Assembly: GCF_003018235.1 (NCBI RefSeq)
Contig: NZ_CP027437.1
Source: Escherichia coli
GTDB lineage: Bacteria > Pseudomonadota > Gammaproteobacteria > Enterobacterales > Enterobacteriaceae
Strand: one strand, 5' to 3'
DNA: 64,000 nucleotides
The stretch's first letter is position 1. Every line of letters starts with the position of its first letter. The notes beneath the pieces were generated by a model, which worked only from the letters and a program-made list of their open reading frames with translations, did not search any database and was not told the DNA's origin. The position numbers were made by a program, and so were the translations under genes. This document shows, piece by piece, positions 47,615 to 57,884 of this stretch.

Positions 47615-50041
47615 TTAAACCTTTTCGATCTGGACAAGATTGCTGTGCGACGGGTTTCCCTTTGCCAGCGGTGAAGGGCGGTGAGAGGTCAGAATATTGA
47701 TACTGCCGCCGTGATCGACCCGGTCACCAAACATATCCGCTTTAAGCCACGCACCTTGCCCGATGGCGGTAACGCCAGGCAGAATACGCGGAGTCACTTT
47801 TGCGGCAATCAGCATTTCTCCATTATTGTTAAATACCCGCACGGTATCGCCATGACGGATACCGCGTGCCTGAGCATCAATAGGGTTTATCCACACCTCT
47901 TGTGGGCAGGCCTGCTGTAACACATCAATATTGCCGTAGCTGGAGTGGGTACGCGCTTTGTAGTGGAAGCCCGTTAGCTGCAGTGGATAGGTTTTCCGCA
48001 GGGGATCGTCCCAGCCATCAAAACCTGGGGTATACGCAGGAAGGGGATGAATAATTTCATCTTTTTTCAATTCCCAGGTATCCGCAATCGTCGCCAGTCG
48101 TTCAGAATAAATTTCGATTTTCCCCGAAGGTGTTTTCAACGGGTTTGCCTGTGGATCTTCACGGAATGCGCGGAAAGCGACGTAGTGTTCTTCCGGGCAT
48201 TTTTTCTTAAAGATCCCGGTCGTTTTCATCTCCTCGTAGTCGGGCATCTCAGGGTTACGTTCCTTCGTTTTCGCATGGAGATATTTGATCCATTCGTGCT
48301 GACTGCGGCCTTCAGTAAAGGTTTGATAAACGTCTGGTCCTAAGCGTTTGGCGACTTCACTCAGCATCCAGTAGATGGGTTTGCGTTCAAATTTTGCTGA
48401 GGTTGCGGGTTGGGCGAGGATCACATAGCCCATATTCCCGGCAGATTCGTGAGAGATAAGGTCTTCTTGCTCTGTTGGCATCAGGTCGGGCAACAGGATA
48501 TCGCAATACTTAGCCGAGGCAGTCATGAAGTGGTCAATGCCAACAATCATCTCGCACTTGCTGTCATCCTGAAGCACCTCATGGGTGTGATTGATGTCGC
48601 CATGTTGATTGATCAATGTGTTACTGGCGTAGCACCATAAAAACTTGATGGGGACATCCAGTTTTTCTTTTCCACGAACACCATCACGGGTCGCGGTCAT
48701 TTCCGTACCGTGGTCGATGGCATCTGTCCATGTAAAGACGGAAATCTGCGTTTTAACAGGATTCTCAAGCATCGGGAACCATTCTACCCCCAGATCCCAG
48801 CTACCTTCGCGTACACCTGAGTTGCCGCCGTTTATGCCGACGTTACCGGTGAGAACGGAAAGCATGGCAATAGCGCGGGACGTTTGTTCGCCGTTGGAGT
48901 GTCGTTGTGGCCCCCAACCCTGACAAATATAAGCAGGTTTTGCTGAACCGATCTCTCGTGCCAACTGGATAATTTTTTCTGCCGGGATGCTGGTGATTTT
49001 TGCTGCCCATTCCGGCGTTTTAGCTATGCCGTCAGGCCCTTCGCCCAGAATATAGGCTTTATAATGCGCGTTACGTGGTGCGTTGGCGGGCAGCGTTTTT
49101 TCATCGTAACCAACACAATATTTGTCGAGAAATGGCTGATCGACCATGTTTTCAGTAATCAGTACCCAGGCAATCGCACAGGCCAGTGCGCCATCGGTGC
49201 CTGGGCGAATTGGCAGCCATTCATCTTCACGCCCGGCAGCAGTGTCGTTATAACGTGGATCGATGACGATCATGCGTGCGTTTGAACGTTCTCGGGCTTG
49301 CTCGACGTAGTAAGTGACACCACCGCCGCTCATCCGGGTTTCTGCCGGGTTATTTCCGAACATAACGACCAGTTTCGTATTGGCTATATCATCCGGGCTG
49401 TTGCCATCATTGGCACCGAACATATAACTCATTGCGGCACTGATTTGAGCGGTACTGTAGCTGCCATAGCGACTGAGAAAACCACCGCAAGAGTTCATCA
49501 GACGGTACGGGACGTTCGAGTTGGTGATGTTTCCGCCATCTACGCCTGTTCCGTACAGGACATGTACAGCCTCATTGCCGTATTCTTTCAGGATCCGCCG
49601 AAGATTATCACTGATGGTATCCAGGGCTTCATCCCAACTTATCCGTTCAAATTTACCTTCACCGCGCTTGCCGACGCGCTTCATGGGATATTTCAACCTA
49701 TCAGGATGATTCATCCGTCGGCGGATAGAGCGCCCGCGTAAACACGCCCGAACCTGATGATTACCGTAGACGTCGTCACCTGTCGTATCAGACTCCACCC
49801 AGTACACGGTGTCATCTTTCACATGCAAACGTAACAGACAGCGGCTCCCGCAGTTAACGGTGCAGGAACTCCAGACCGCTTTCTCTTCTACCGGTGCCTC
49901 TGCCGCTCGGACCATTTGGGAAAATGGCAGAGTGAAAGCACTGCTTGCCAGCGCAAGACTGCCAAGTGCGGAGGTTTTCATCAGACTTCTACGGCTGATT
50001 TCAGCCTTCATGAGCGCCTCTGTGGTATGGATTTTCATCAT
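47615..50041 (-). CDS. ynfF: Tat-exported molybdopterin oxidoreductase (DmsA paralog, selenate reductase-associated) YnfF
   Basis: 808-aa ORF with twin-arginine signal (SRRSLMKTSALGSLALAS) and Mo-bisMGD catalytic domain. Confidence 0.9.
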   Translation of the reverse strand: MMKIHTTEALMKAEISRRSLMKTSALGSLALASSAFTLPFSQMVRAAEAPVEEKAVWSSCTVNCGSRCLLRLHVKDDTVYWVESDTTGDDVYGNHQVRACLRGRSIRRRMNHPDRLKYPMKRVGKRGEGKFERISWDEALDTISDNLRRILKEYGNEAVHVLYGTGVDGGNITNSNVPYRLMNSCGGFLSRYGSYSTAQISAAMSYMFGANDGNSPDDIANTKLVVMFGNNPAETRMSGGGVTYYVEQARERSNARMIVIDPRYNDTAAGREDEWLPIRPGTDGALACAIAWVLITENMVDQPFLDKYCVGYDEKTLPANAPRNAHYKAYILGEGPDGIAKTPEWAAKITSIPAEKIIQLAREIGSAKPAYICQGWGPQRHSNGEQTSRAIAMLSVLTGNVGINGGNSGVREGSWDLGVEWFPMLENPVKTQISVFTWTDAIDHGTEMTATRDGVRGKEKLDVPIKFLWCYASNTLINQHGDINHTHEVLQDDSKCEMIVGIDHFMTASAKYCDILLPDLMPTEQEDLISHESAGNMGYVILAQPATSAKFERKPIYWMLSEVAKRLGPDVYQTFTEGRSQHEWIKYLHAKTKERNPEMPDYEEMKTTGIFKKKCPEEHYVAFRAFREDPQANPLKTPSGKIEIYSERLATIADTWELKKDEIIHPLPAYTPGFDGWDDPLRKTYPLQLTGFHYKARTHSSYGNIDVLQQACPQEVWINPIDAQARGIRHGDTVRVFNNNGEMLIAAKVTPRILPGVTAIGQGAWLKADMFGDRVDHGGSINILTSHRPSPLAKGNPSHSNLVQIEKV

Positions 50042-50098
50042 TACTCACTTATTGCTTTTCAAACAAAATGTCATGTCAGAATTTATGGTTGTAGTGGG

Positions 50099-52524
50099 TT
50101 ATATTTTTTCGATCTCGACCAGATTAGTGTGCTGCGGGTTTCCCTTCGCCAGTGGTGAAGGGCGCAGAGTGGTTAGCGTATTCACACAGCCGCCATGGTC
50201 GATTTTATCGCCAGACATATTGGCCTCGTGCCAGGCTCCCTGGCCCATAGCGCTAACCCCAGGGAGAATGCGTGGTGTCACTTTGGCTGGTAGCCGAACT
50301 TCGCCACGATGGTTATACACCCGCACCATATCGCCGTTGGCAATCCCACGTTTCTGTGCGTCTATAGGGTTGATCCACACCTCCTGACGGCAGGCAGCCT
50401 TCAGGACATCAATGTTGCCGTAGGTCGAGTGAGTACGGGATTTGTAATGGAAACCGAACAGTTGCAGTGGAAAGGTACTACGTTCAGGGGAGTCCCAGCC
50501 TTCAAAGGTTGAGGCATAAACCGGCAGTGGGCTTATCACTTCATCTTTTTCCAGTTCCCAGGTACGGGCAATTTCCGCCAGCTTGCTGGAATAAATTTCA
50601 ATCTTACCGGAAGGCGTTTTAAGTGGATTTGCCTCGGGGTCGTCACGAAATGCTTTGTAGGCGACAAAATGACCATTGGGATCTTTACGCTTATAGATAC
50701 CCATTTTTTTCAGTTCGTCGTAAGACGGTAACGCCGGATCTTTGGCAAGCATTTTGGCGTACAGATGTTGTAACCATTGTTCCTGCGTGCGACCTTCTGT
50801 GAACTTTTGATAGACGTCAGGTCCAAGACGTTTCGCGACCTCACTCAGGATCCAGTAAATCGGTTTGCGTTCGAATTTTTCGCTGGTGACTGGCTGAAGG
50901 AAAATGAGATATCCCATGTTACCGGCGTAGTCGTTAGGAATAATATCTTCCTGCTCAACGGTCATCAGGTCTGGCAGCAGAATGTCGGCATATTTTGCCG
51001 ATGAGGTCATAAAGTTTTCGATGACCACAATCATTTCGCATTTCGATTCGTCCTGCAGAATTTCATGCGTTTTGTTGATGTCAGAATGCTGATTAACGAG
51101 GGTATTTCCCGCATAGTTCCAGATGAACTTAATGGGCACATCCAGTTTATCTTTGCCCCGGACACCGTCGCGGATTGCCGTCATTTGCGGGCCATGATCG
51201 ATAGCATCTGTCCAGCTGAAGCAGGAGATTGACGTTTTGACCGGATTATCCAGCACCGGTAGGCGTTCTATGGTAATGGTATAGGTCGATTCACGCGCGC
51301 CACTATTCCCGCCGCTGATGCCGACATTGCCCGTCAGAATAGGCAACATCGCAATAGCACGTGCAGTCAGCTCGCCGTTTGCCTGGCGTTGCGGTCCCCA
51401 GCCCTGGCAGATATAAGCGGGTTTTGCTGTGCCAATTTCACGCGCCAGTTTGATGATACGGTCCACCGGGATACCGGTAATTTGCGAAGCCCACTGCGGC
51501 GTTTTCGCTGTTTTATCGTCACCTTCACCAAGAATATAGGCTTTATAGTGACCATTTTTTGGTGCATCTGCGGGTAAGGTTTTTTCGTCATAGCCGACGC
51601 AGTATTTATCGAGAAAAGGTTGATCAACGAGATTTTCGTTAATCAATACCCAGGCAATACCCGCAACCAGCGCGGCATCGGTGCCCGGGCGAATAGGTTG
51701 CCATTCGTCTTCACGACCAGCAGCTGTATCGGTATATCGCGGATCGATAACAATCATTTTGCGTTCGATTTCTCGCGCGCTTTTTCAAGAAGATAAGTGA
51801 TGCCACCGCCGCTCATGCGGGTTTCTGCCGGGTTGTTACCAAACATCACGACCAGCTTGCTGTTTTCAATATCCGTGGTGCTGTTGCCATCATTACTGCC
51901 GTAGGTGTAGGGCATGGCACAGGAAATTTGCGCGGTGCTGTAGGAGCCATACTGGTTGAGTGAACCGCCGTAGCAGTTCATCAGGCGTTTGACCGCCGAG
52001 GCGGATGGCGAAGAGCGGGTCATATTGCCGCCAACGATCCCTGAAGAGTACTGAATATATACAGCCTCATTGCCATATTGTTCGACGGTTTTTTTCAGGC
52101 TACTGGCGATAGTATCCAGGGCTTCATCCCAGCTAATCCGTTCGAATTTGCCTTCGCCGCGTTTGCCCACGCGTTTCATTGGGTAATTCAAGCGATCGGG
52201 ATGATTAATACGCCGACGGATGGAGCGACCGCGCAAACAGGCACGTACTTGATGATTGCCATACTCGTCGTTGCCGGTGTTGTCAGTTTCCACCCAGGTC
52301 ACTTCATTATCTTTAACATGCAGACGAAGTGCACAGCGGCTACCACAGTTGACGGAACAGGCACCACAGAGCACTTTCTCGCTGGCCTGTTGTACCGCTG
52401 CCGCTGCACTGCGCAGGGTGAACGGTAAAGAAAAACCGCCTGCAGCCAGCGCCAGAGAACCTATCGCGGTAGATTTAACGAGTGTTCTGCGGCTGATGCC
52501 CACCATTTGTTCATTTTTGGACAT
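50099..52524 (-). pseudogene. ynfE: Tat-exported molybdopterin oxidoreductase YnfE (ynfF paralog), split by a -1 frameshift
   Basis: ORFs 51754..52524 (256 aa, Tat signal SRRTLVKSTAIGSLALAA) and 50099..51757 (552 aa) join as ...EKSNAK|MIVIDPRY...; the break is an A4 run on the coding strand where A5 would keep the frame. Confidence 0.8.
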
Positions 52525-52722
52525 AACTCACTCCCTGTTCTTTATCGTTATATAAAAGTTTATATATTGAATATTTAGCGCGCTAACAATAGAGGGAGTC
52601 TACCTATTTTGGGTTAAGAATTATTAATCCATATCAATAGAAGGGTATGAGTAATAAGGTGGGATTATGTTGTATGTTCAAATCGCCGGATGTGTCGTAT
52701 CCGGCGTGCAGTCGATAATGTG

Positions 52723-53028
52723 TTACTGCGGTTCGGCAGGCGCGCCATCCTGGGTAGACTGCGCGGGAGCAGAGACGTTACCGCTGGTGGTGCGGGTGTA
52801 GAGAATTTTATGCGTATCATTAGCGCAATGCCCGACGACCTGGGAATCAGGCTGATCAACCTGGTCATTGGGTACAATACTTAACGTGAAGCTGCTTTCG
52901 GGTACGCCATTATTGATAATGCGCTGTGATATATCGCTCTGTATGCGCTCACAGGATCCCGGCGCGGCGAGTACCGCGGGTGAGGCGAGGGCGAGCAGAA
53001 GCGCGGCACAGCAGGTTGAGAGTTTCAT
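52723..53028 (-). CDS. ynfD: Small secreted protein YnfD (DUF1161)
   Basis: ORF trimmed to MKLSTCCAALLLALASPAVLA (signal peptide), 101 aa. Confidence 0.75.
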   Translation of the reverse strand: MKLSTCCAALLLALASPAVLAAPGSCERIQSDISQRIINNGVPESSFTLSIVPNDQVDQPDSQVVGHCANDTHKILYTRTTSGNVSAPAQSTQDGAPAEPQ

Positions 53029-53135
53029 CATAAGCTCCTTACGCGAAGATAACTTCTCTAAGCATAGCATTTAACGTGTAAAGTACTGTATTTGCTACTA
53101 TGATTGAGAATCATCTCTACTCTCTGGTGACTGTT

Positions 53136-53846
53136 GTGAAATACAAATTACTGCCATGCTTACTCGCGATATTCCTCACAGGATGTGACCGCACAGAGGT
53201 AACACTTTCCTTTACCCCTGAGATGGCCAGTTTCTCTAATGAATTCGATTTTGATCCGCTGCGTGGTCCGGTAAAAGATTTCACTCAGACATTAATGGAT
53301 GAGCAAGGTGAAGTGACGAAACGTGTTTCGGGGACTTTGTCGGAAGAAGGCTGTTTTGATTCACTCGAATTACTGGATCTGGAAAATAATACCGTGGTTG
53401 CCCTGGTACTGGACGCCAATTATTACCGTGATGCCCAGACACTGGAGAAAAGAGTTCGTTTGCAGGGAAAATGCCAGCTAGCAGAATTACCTTCTGCCGG
53501 GGTGAGTTGGGAAACCGATGATAATGGCTTTGTGATTAAAGCCAGCAGCAAACAGATGCAGATGGAATATCGCTATGATGATCAGGGTTATCCGCTGGGT
53601 AAAACCACGAAAAGTAACGACAAAACATTATCTGTTAGCGCTACGCCATCAACGGATCCGATCAAAAAATTAGATTACACAGCGGTTACTTTACTGAATA
53701 ATCAAAGGGTTGGTAATGTAAAACAGAGCTGTGAATATGACAGTCACGCCAATCCGGTGGACTGTCAGCTAATCATTGTTGATGAAGGAGTAAAACCCGC
53801 CGTCGAACGGGTTTACACCATCAAAAATACTATCGATTATTATTAA
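53136..53846 (+). CDS. ynfC: UPF0257 lipoprotein YnfC (GTG start)
   Basis: Start placed at the GTG of VKYKLLPCLLAIFLTGC (lipobox LTGC), giving 236 aa. Confidence 0.7.
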   Translation: MKYKLLPCLLAIFLTGCDRTEVTLSFTPEMASFSNEFDFDPLRGPVKDFTQTLMDEQGEVTKRVSGTLSEEGCFDSLELLDLENNTVVALVLDANYYRDAQTLEKRVRLQGKCQLAELPSAGVSWETDDNGFVIKASSKQMQMEYRYDDQGYPLGKTTKSNDKTLSVSATPSTDPIKKLDYTAVTLLNNQRVGNVKQSCEYDSHANPVDCQLIIVDEGVKPAVERVYTIKNTIDYY

Positions 53847-53848
53847 TG

Positions 53849-54409
53849 CTATTGTGCGGTCGGCTTCAGGAGAGTCTGACCCGGTATTTTGTGCTCTGCC
53901 AGATACTGATGCTGGAATATGCACATGCGAATGGCATTCCGATATTGACCATTAATAAAGAACTCATGCATCAATTCACCTTCAACCGTAAAGCCAAGCT
54001 TGCGGTAAATGTGAATCGCTTTTTCATTCTCTTTATCGACGATCAGATACAGCTTATAGAGATTGAGAACGGTGAAGCCATAGTCCATTGCTAATTTTGC
54101 GGCACGCGTTGCCAGACCTTTCCCCTGATATTCCGGGGAGATAATTATCTGAAATTCTGCGCGGCGATGAACATGGTTAATTTCCACCAGCTCCACCAGA
54201 CCGGCTTTTTCGCCGTCACATTCCACCACAAAGCGCCGTTCGCTCTGATCGTGAATATGCTTATCGTACAGATCAGAGAGTTCAACAAAGGCTTCGTAGG
54301 GTTCCTCAAACCAGTAACGCATCACACTGGCGTTATTGTCGAGTTGATGTACATAGCGTAAATCTTCACGCTCCAGCGGGCGTAGCTTAACACTGTGGGC
54401 GCTTGGCAT
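53849..54409 (-). CDS. speG: Spermidine N1-acetyltransferase (GNAT)
   Basis: 186-aa [42 protein letters not shown]... recognised as SpeG. Confidence 0.92.
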   Translation of the reverse strand: MPSAHSVKLRPLEREDLRYVHQLDNNASVMRYWFEEPYEAFVELSDLYDKHIHDQSERRFVVECDGEKAGLVELVEINHVHRRAEFQIIISPEYQGKGLATRAAKLAMDYGFTVLNLYKLYLIVDKENEKAIHIYRKLGFTVEGELMHEFFINGQYRNAIRMCIFQHQYLAEHKIPGQTLLKPTAQ

Positions 54410-54443
54410 AACGTGTCCTTACATTCCTTAAATCAATAACAGG

Positions 54444-54785
54444 TTATGGGGTAATAACGCGGCCAGTTCGACGGTCCAGGCAGCGCAAAGTATTTGGCTC
54501 CCAGTAGGCATTGATGTTGGCGCTTTGCTCACATTTATCGCGGTTATCAAAAGCGGCGTCGGCTTTATCCCACTCTTTTTCAGTGCGTTTATTCACTTTC
54601 TGGCGCAGATTGCGCGTGTCATTCCATTGCTCTTTTTCCATAGCGGCGTGCTGGCGGCTTTGTGCACTGTCGCCAGACTCAATCACCAGTTTGTTAGTTT
54701 CGGCATGAACAGTTGTGCTCAATGCCAGTGTGCAAGGCAGCAGAAAAGCGAGCAGGCCAATTCGTTTGCTGAGAGTAATTTTCAT
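54444..54785 (-). CDS. ynfB: UPF0482 secreted protein YnfB
   Basis: 113-aa ORF with signal peptide; position. Confidence 0.8.
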   Translation of the reverse strand: MKITLSKRIGLLAFLLPCTLALSTTVHAETNKLVIESGDSAQSRQHAAMEKEQWNDTRNLRQKVNKRTEKEWDKADAAFDNRDKCEQSANINAYWEPNTLRCLDRRTGRVITP

Positions 54786-54919
54786 AATTCATTCCCTGTA
54801 TGAATGATTAAAGGTGATTCTACACCATCCACTGCGAACGCAAAACGTACCAGGAGGATGTTTATATTGATGATATTATGTCGTCCTATAACTATACATG
54901 ATGTCAATAAGTGACAAAG

Positions 54920-55246
54920 ATGATTAAAACAACGTTACTATTTTTTGCTACTGCGCTGTGTGAAATTATTGGATGCTTTCTGCCCTGGTTGTGGTTAAAA
55001 CGAAACGCCAGTATCTGGCTGTTACTTCCGGCGGGGATTTCTCTGGCACTGTTTGTCTGGTTGTTAACGTTGCATCCTGCGGCGAGTGGGCGTGTTTACG
55101 CGGCTTATGGTGGCGTTTATGTCTGCACGGCGTTGATGTGGCTGCGCGTTGTGGATGGCGTGAAACTGAGTCTTTATGACTGGACGGGGGCGTTGATTGC
55201 GCTTTGCGGCATGTTGATCATTGTTGCGGGCTGGGGGCGCGCGTAA
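54920..55246 (+). CDS. ynfA: UPF0060 small membrane protein YnfA
   Basis: ORF trimmed to [26 protein letters not shown] (108 aa). Confidence 0.8.
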
Positions 55247-55451
55247 GGACATAAATCCATTTTATCAATAAGATACAAGGAAGTGTCAGCTGACAAAAGG
55301 TATTCTATTTCATCTTTTGTCAACCATTCACGGCGCAAATATACGCCTTTTTTTGTGATCACTCCGGCTTTTTTTGATCTTCATGCTTGTATGGTAGTAG
55401 CTCAGTTGCGTAGATTTCATGCATCATGACAAGCGATGCAAGGAATCGAAC

Positions 55452-56666
55452 ATGAAGATCGTAAAGGCTGAAGTTTTTGTTACCTGTCCGGGGCGTAATT
55501 TCGTCACATTAAAAATCACCACTGAGGACGGTATTACGGGCCTTGGGGATGCCACCCTCAATGGACGTGAGCTTTCCGTGGCCTCTTATTTGCAGGATCA
55601 CCTTTGTCCGCAGCTTATTGGTCGCGATGCGCACCGTATCGAAGATATCTGGCAGTTTTTCTATAAAGGTGCTTACTGGCGTCGCGGTCCGGTTACGATG
55701 TCGGCCATTTCAGCGGTTGATATGGCGCTGTGGGATATTAAAGCCAAAGCTGCCAACATGCCGCTTTACCAGTTACTCGGCGGCGCGTCTCGTGAAGGGG
55801 TGATGGTTTATTGCCATACCACCGGTCACAGTATTGATGAAGCTCTGGATGATTATGCTCGTCATCAGGAGCTGGGATTCAAAGCCATCCGCGTGCAGTG
55901 CGGAATCCCTGGTATGAAAACCACCTACGGCATGTCGAAAGGTAAAGGTCTGGCTTATGAACCCGCAACTAAAGGACAGTGGCCGGAAGAGCAGCTGTGG
56001 TCGACGGAGAAATACCTCGATTTTATGCCGAAATTGTTTGACGCGGTACGTAACAAGTTTGGTTTTAATGAACATTTGCTGCATGACATGCACCATCGCT
56101 TAACGCCTATTGAAGCGGCGCGCTTTGGTAAAAGCATTGAAGATTATCGCATGTTCTGGATGGAAGACCCGACGCCTGCGGAAAACCAGGAATGCTTCCG
56201 TCTCATTCGCCAACATACCGTCACACCCATCGCGGTGGGTGAAGTCTTCAACAGCATCTGGGACTGCAAGCAACTGATTGAAGAGCAACTTATCGATTAT
56301 ATCCGCACTACGCTGACCCACGCGGGTGGCATTACCGGTATGCGCCGGATTGCCGATTTTGCTTCGTTGTATCAGGTACGTACTGGCTCACACGGTCCTT
56401 CCGATTTGTCACCAGTCTGCATGGCTGCGGCGCTGCACTTTGATCTGTGGGTCCCCAATTTCGGTGTCCAGGAGTACATGGGTTATTCCGAACAAATGCT
56501 TGAAGTCTTCCCGCACAACTGGACTTTCGATAACGGCTATATGCATCCGGGAGACAAACCGGGTCTTGGCATCGAATTCGATGAAAAGCTGGCGGCGAAA
56601 TATCCCTATGAACCTGCTTATCTACCAGTCGCACGTCTGGAAGATGGCACGCTGTGGAACTGGTAA
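55452..56666 (+). CDS. rspA: Starvation-sensing protein RspA (enolase superfamily, mannonate dehydratase-like)
   Basis: ORF trimmed to [40 protein letters not shown] (404 aa). Confidence 0.9.
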
Positions 56667-56677
56667 GGAGTAAGATA

Positions 56678-57697
56678 ATGAAAAGCATATTAATTGAAAA
56701 ACCGAATCAACTGGCGATTGTCGAACGTGAAATACCCACCCCGTCAGCGGGTGAAGTACGAGTAAAAGTAAAACTTGCCGGAATTTGTGGTTCAGATAGC
56801 CATATTTATCGTGGGCATAATCCTTTTGCGAAATATCCGCGCGTCATTGGTCATGAATTCTTTGGCGTCATTGATGCAGTGGGTGAAGGCGTGGAAAGCG
56901 CCAGAGTCGGTGAACGTGTTGCAGTCGATCCGGTGGTCAGCTGTGGGCATTGCTATCCGTGCTCTATAGGTAAACCGAACGTTTGTACGACACTGGCTGT
57001 ATTAGGTGTGCACGCTGACGGTGGTTTCAGTGAATATGCCGTGGTGCCGGCAAAAAATGCGTGGAAAATTCCTGAAGCAGTGGCCGATCAATATGCGGTG
57101 ATGATCGAACCTTTTACCATTGCGGCTAACGTTACCGGTCATGGTCAACCGACTGAAAATGATACCGTTCTGGTTTACGGTGCCGGTCCAATCGGCCTGA
57201 CGATCGTTCAGGTATTAAAAGGCGTCTATAACGTTAAGAATGTGATTGTTGCCGATCGCATTGATGAACGACTGGAAAAAGCGAAAGAGAGCGGGGCAGA
57301 CTGGGCGATTAATAACAGCCAGACACCGCTTGGCGAGATTTTCGCTGAAAAAGGCATAAAGCCGACATTAATTATCGATGCGGCTTGTCATCCTTCAATC
57401 CTGAAAGAAGCCGTAACGCTGGCTTCTCCAGCGGCACGTATTGTATTGATGGGCTTCTCCAGTGAACCGTCTGAAGTGATTCAGCAAGGAATTACCGGAA
57501 AAAAACTCTCTATTTTCTCTTCACGCTTAAATGCAAATAAATTTCCGGTCGTTATCGACTGGTTAAGTAAAGGGTTAATTAAACCAGAAAAATTAATTAC
57601 CCATACGTTTGATTTCCAGCATGTTGCTGATGCCATTAGTTTATTTGAACAGGATCAAAAACATTGCTGCAAAGTCTTACTCACTTTTTCTGAATAA
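56678..57697 (+). CDS. rspB: Starvation-sensing protein RspB (Zn-dependent alcohol dehydrogenase family)
   Basis: ORF trimmed to MKSILIEKPNQLAIVEREIP (339 aa); GxGxxG and Zn-ligand Cys motifs. Confidence 0.9.
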   Translation: MKSILIEKPNQLAIVEREIPTPSAGEVRVKVKLAGICGSDSHIYRGHNPFAKYPRVIGHEFFGVIDAVGEGVESARVGERVAVDPVVSCGHCYPCSIGKPNVCTTLAVLGVHADGGFSEYAVVPAKNAWKIPEAVADQYAVMIEPFTIAANVTGHGQPTENDTVLVYGAGPIGLTIVQVLKGVYNVKNVIVADRIDERLEKAKESGADWAINNSQTPLGEIFAEKGIKPTLIIDAACHPSILKEAVTLASPAARIVLMGFSSEPSEVIQQGITGKKLSIFSSRLNANKFPVVIDWLSKGLIKPEKLITHTFDFQHVADAISLFEQDQKHCCKVLLTFSE

Positions 57698-57754
57698 TAC
57701 CAATAACGGCGAGTAAGTAGTACGCATCTTACCTCTTTTTTAGAGATAACCATT

Positions 57755-57883
57755 ATGACAATAGAAAAACACGAAAGAAGCACTAAGGATTTGGTGAAAG
57801 CAGCAGTATCGGGATGGCTGGGCACTGCGCTTGAATTTATGGATTTCAAGAGTCATACGTGTCAACTATTTGATAAATATTAA
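57755..57883 (+). pseudogene. ydfJ: N-terminal remnant of MFS transporter gene ydfJ, truncated by prophage insertion
   Basis: 42-codon ORF MTIEKHERSTKDLVKAAVSGWLGTALEFMDFKSHTCQLFDKY reads like an MFS sugar/metabolite-transporter N-terminus and stops abutting the integrase 3' end. Confidence 0.55.
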
Positions 57884-57884
57884 A

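Noticed and set aside
47080-47700. 206-aa and 136-aa plus-strand ORFs opposite ynfG
   Set aside because: Antisense to the Fe-S subunit gene, which has clear cysteine-cluster motifs; the alternative frames are Arg-rich and featureless
52685-52707. 8-bp-stem hairpin (cgccggat...atccggcg) downstream of ynfD, considered as a REP element or terminator
   Set aside because: It does not match the REP consensus as I recall it and lacks a clear T-tract; it may still be a weak ynfD terminator but the evidence is insufficient
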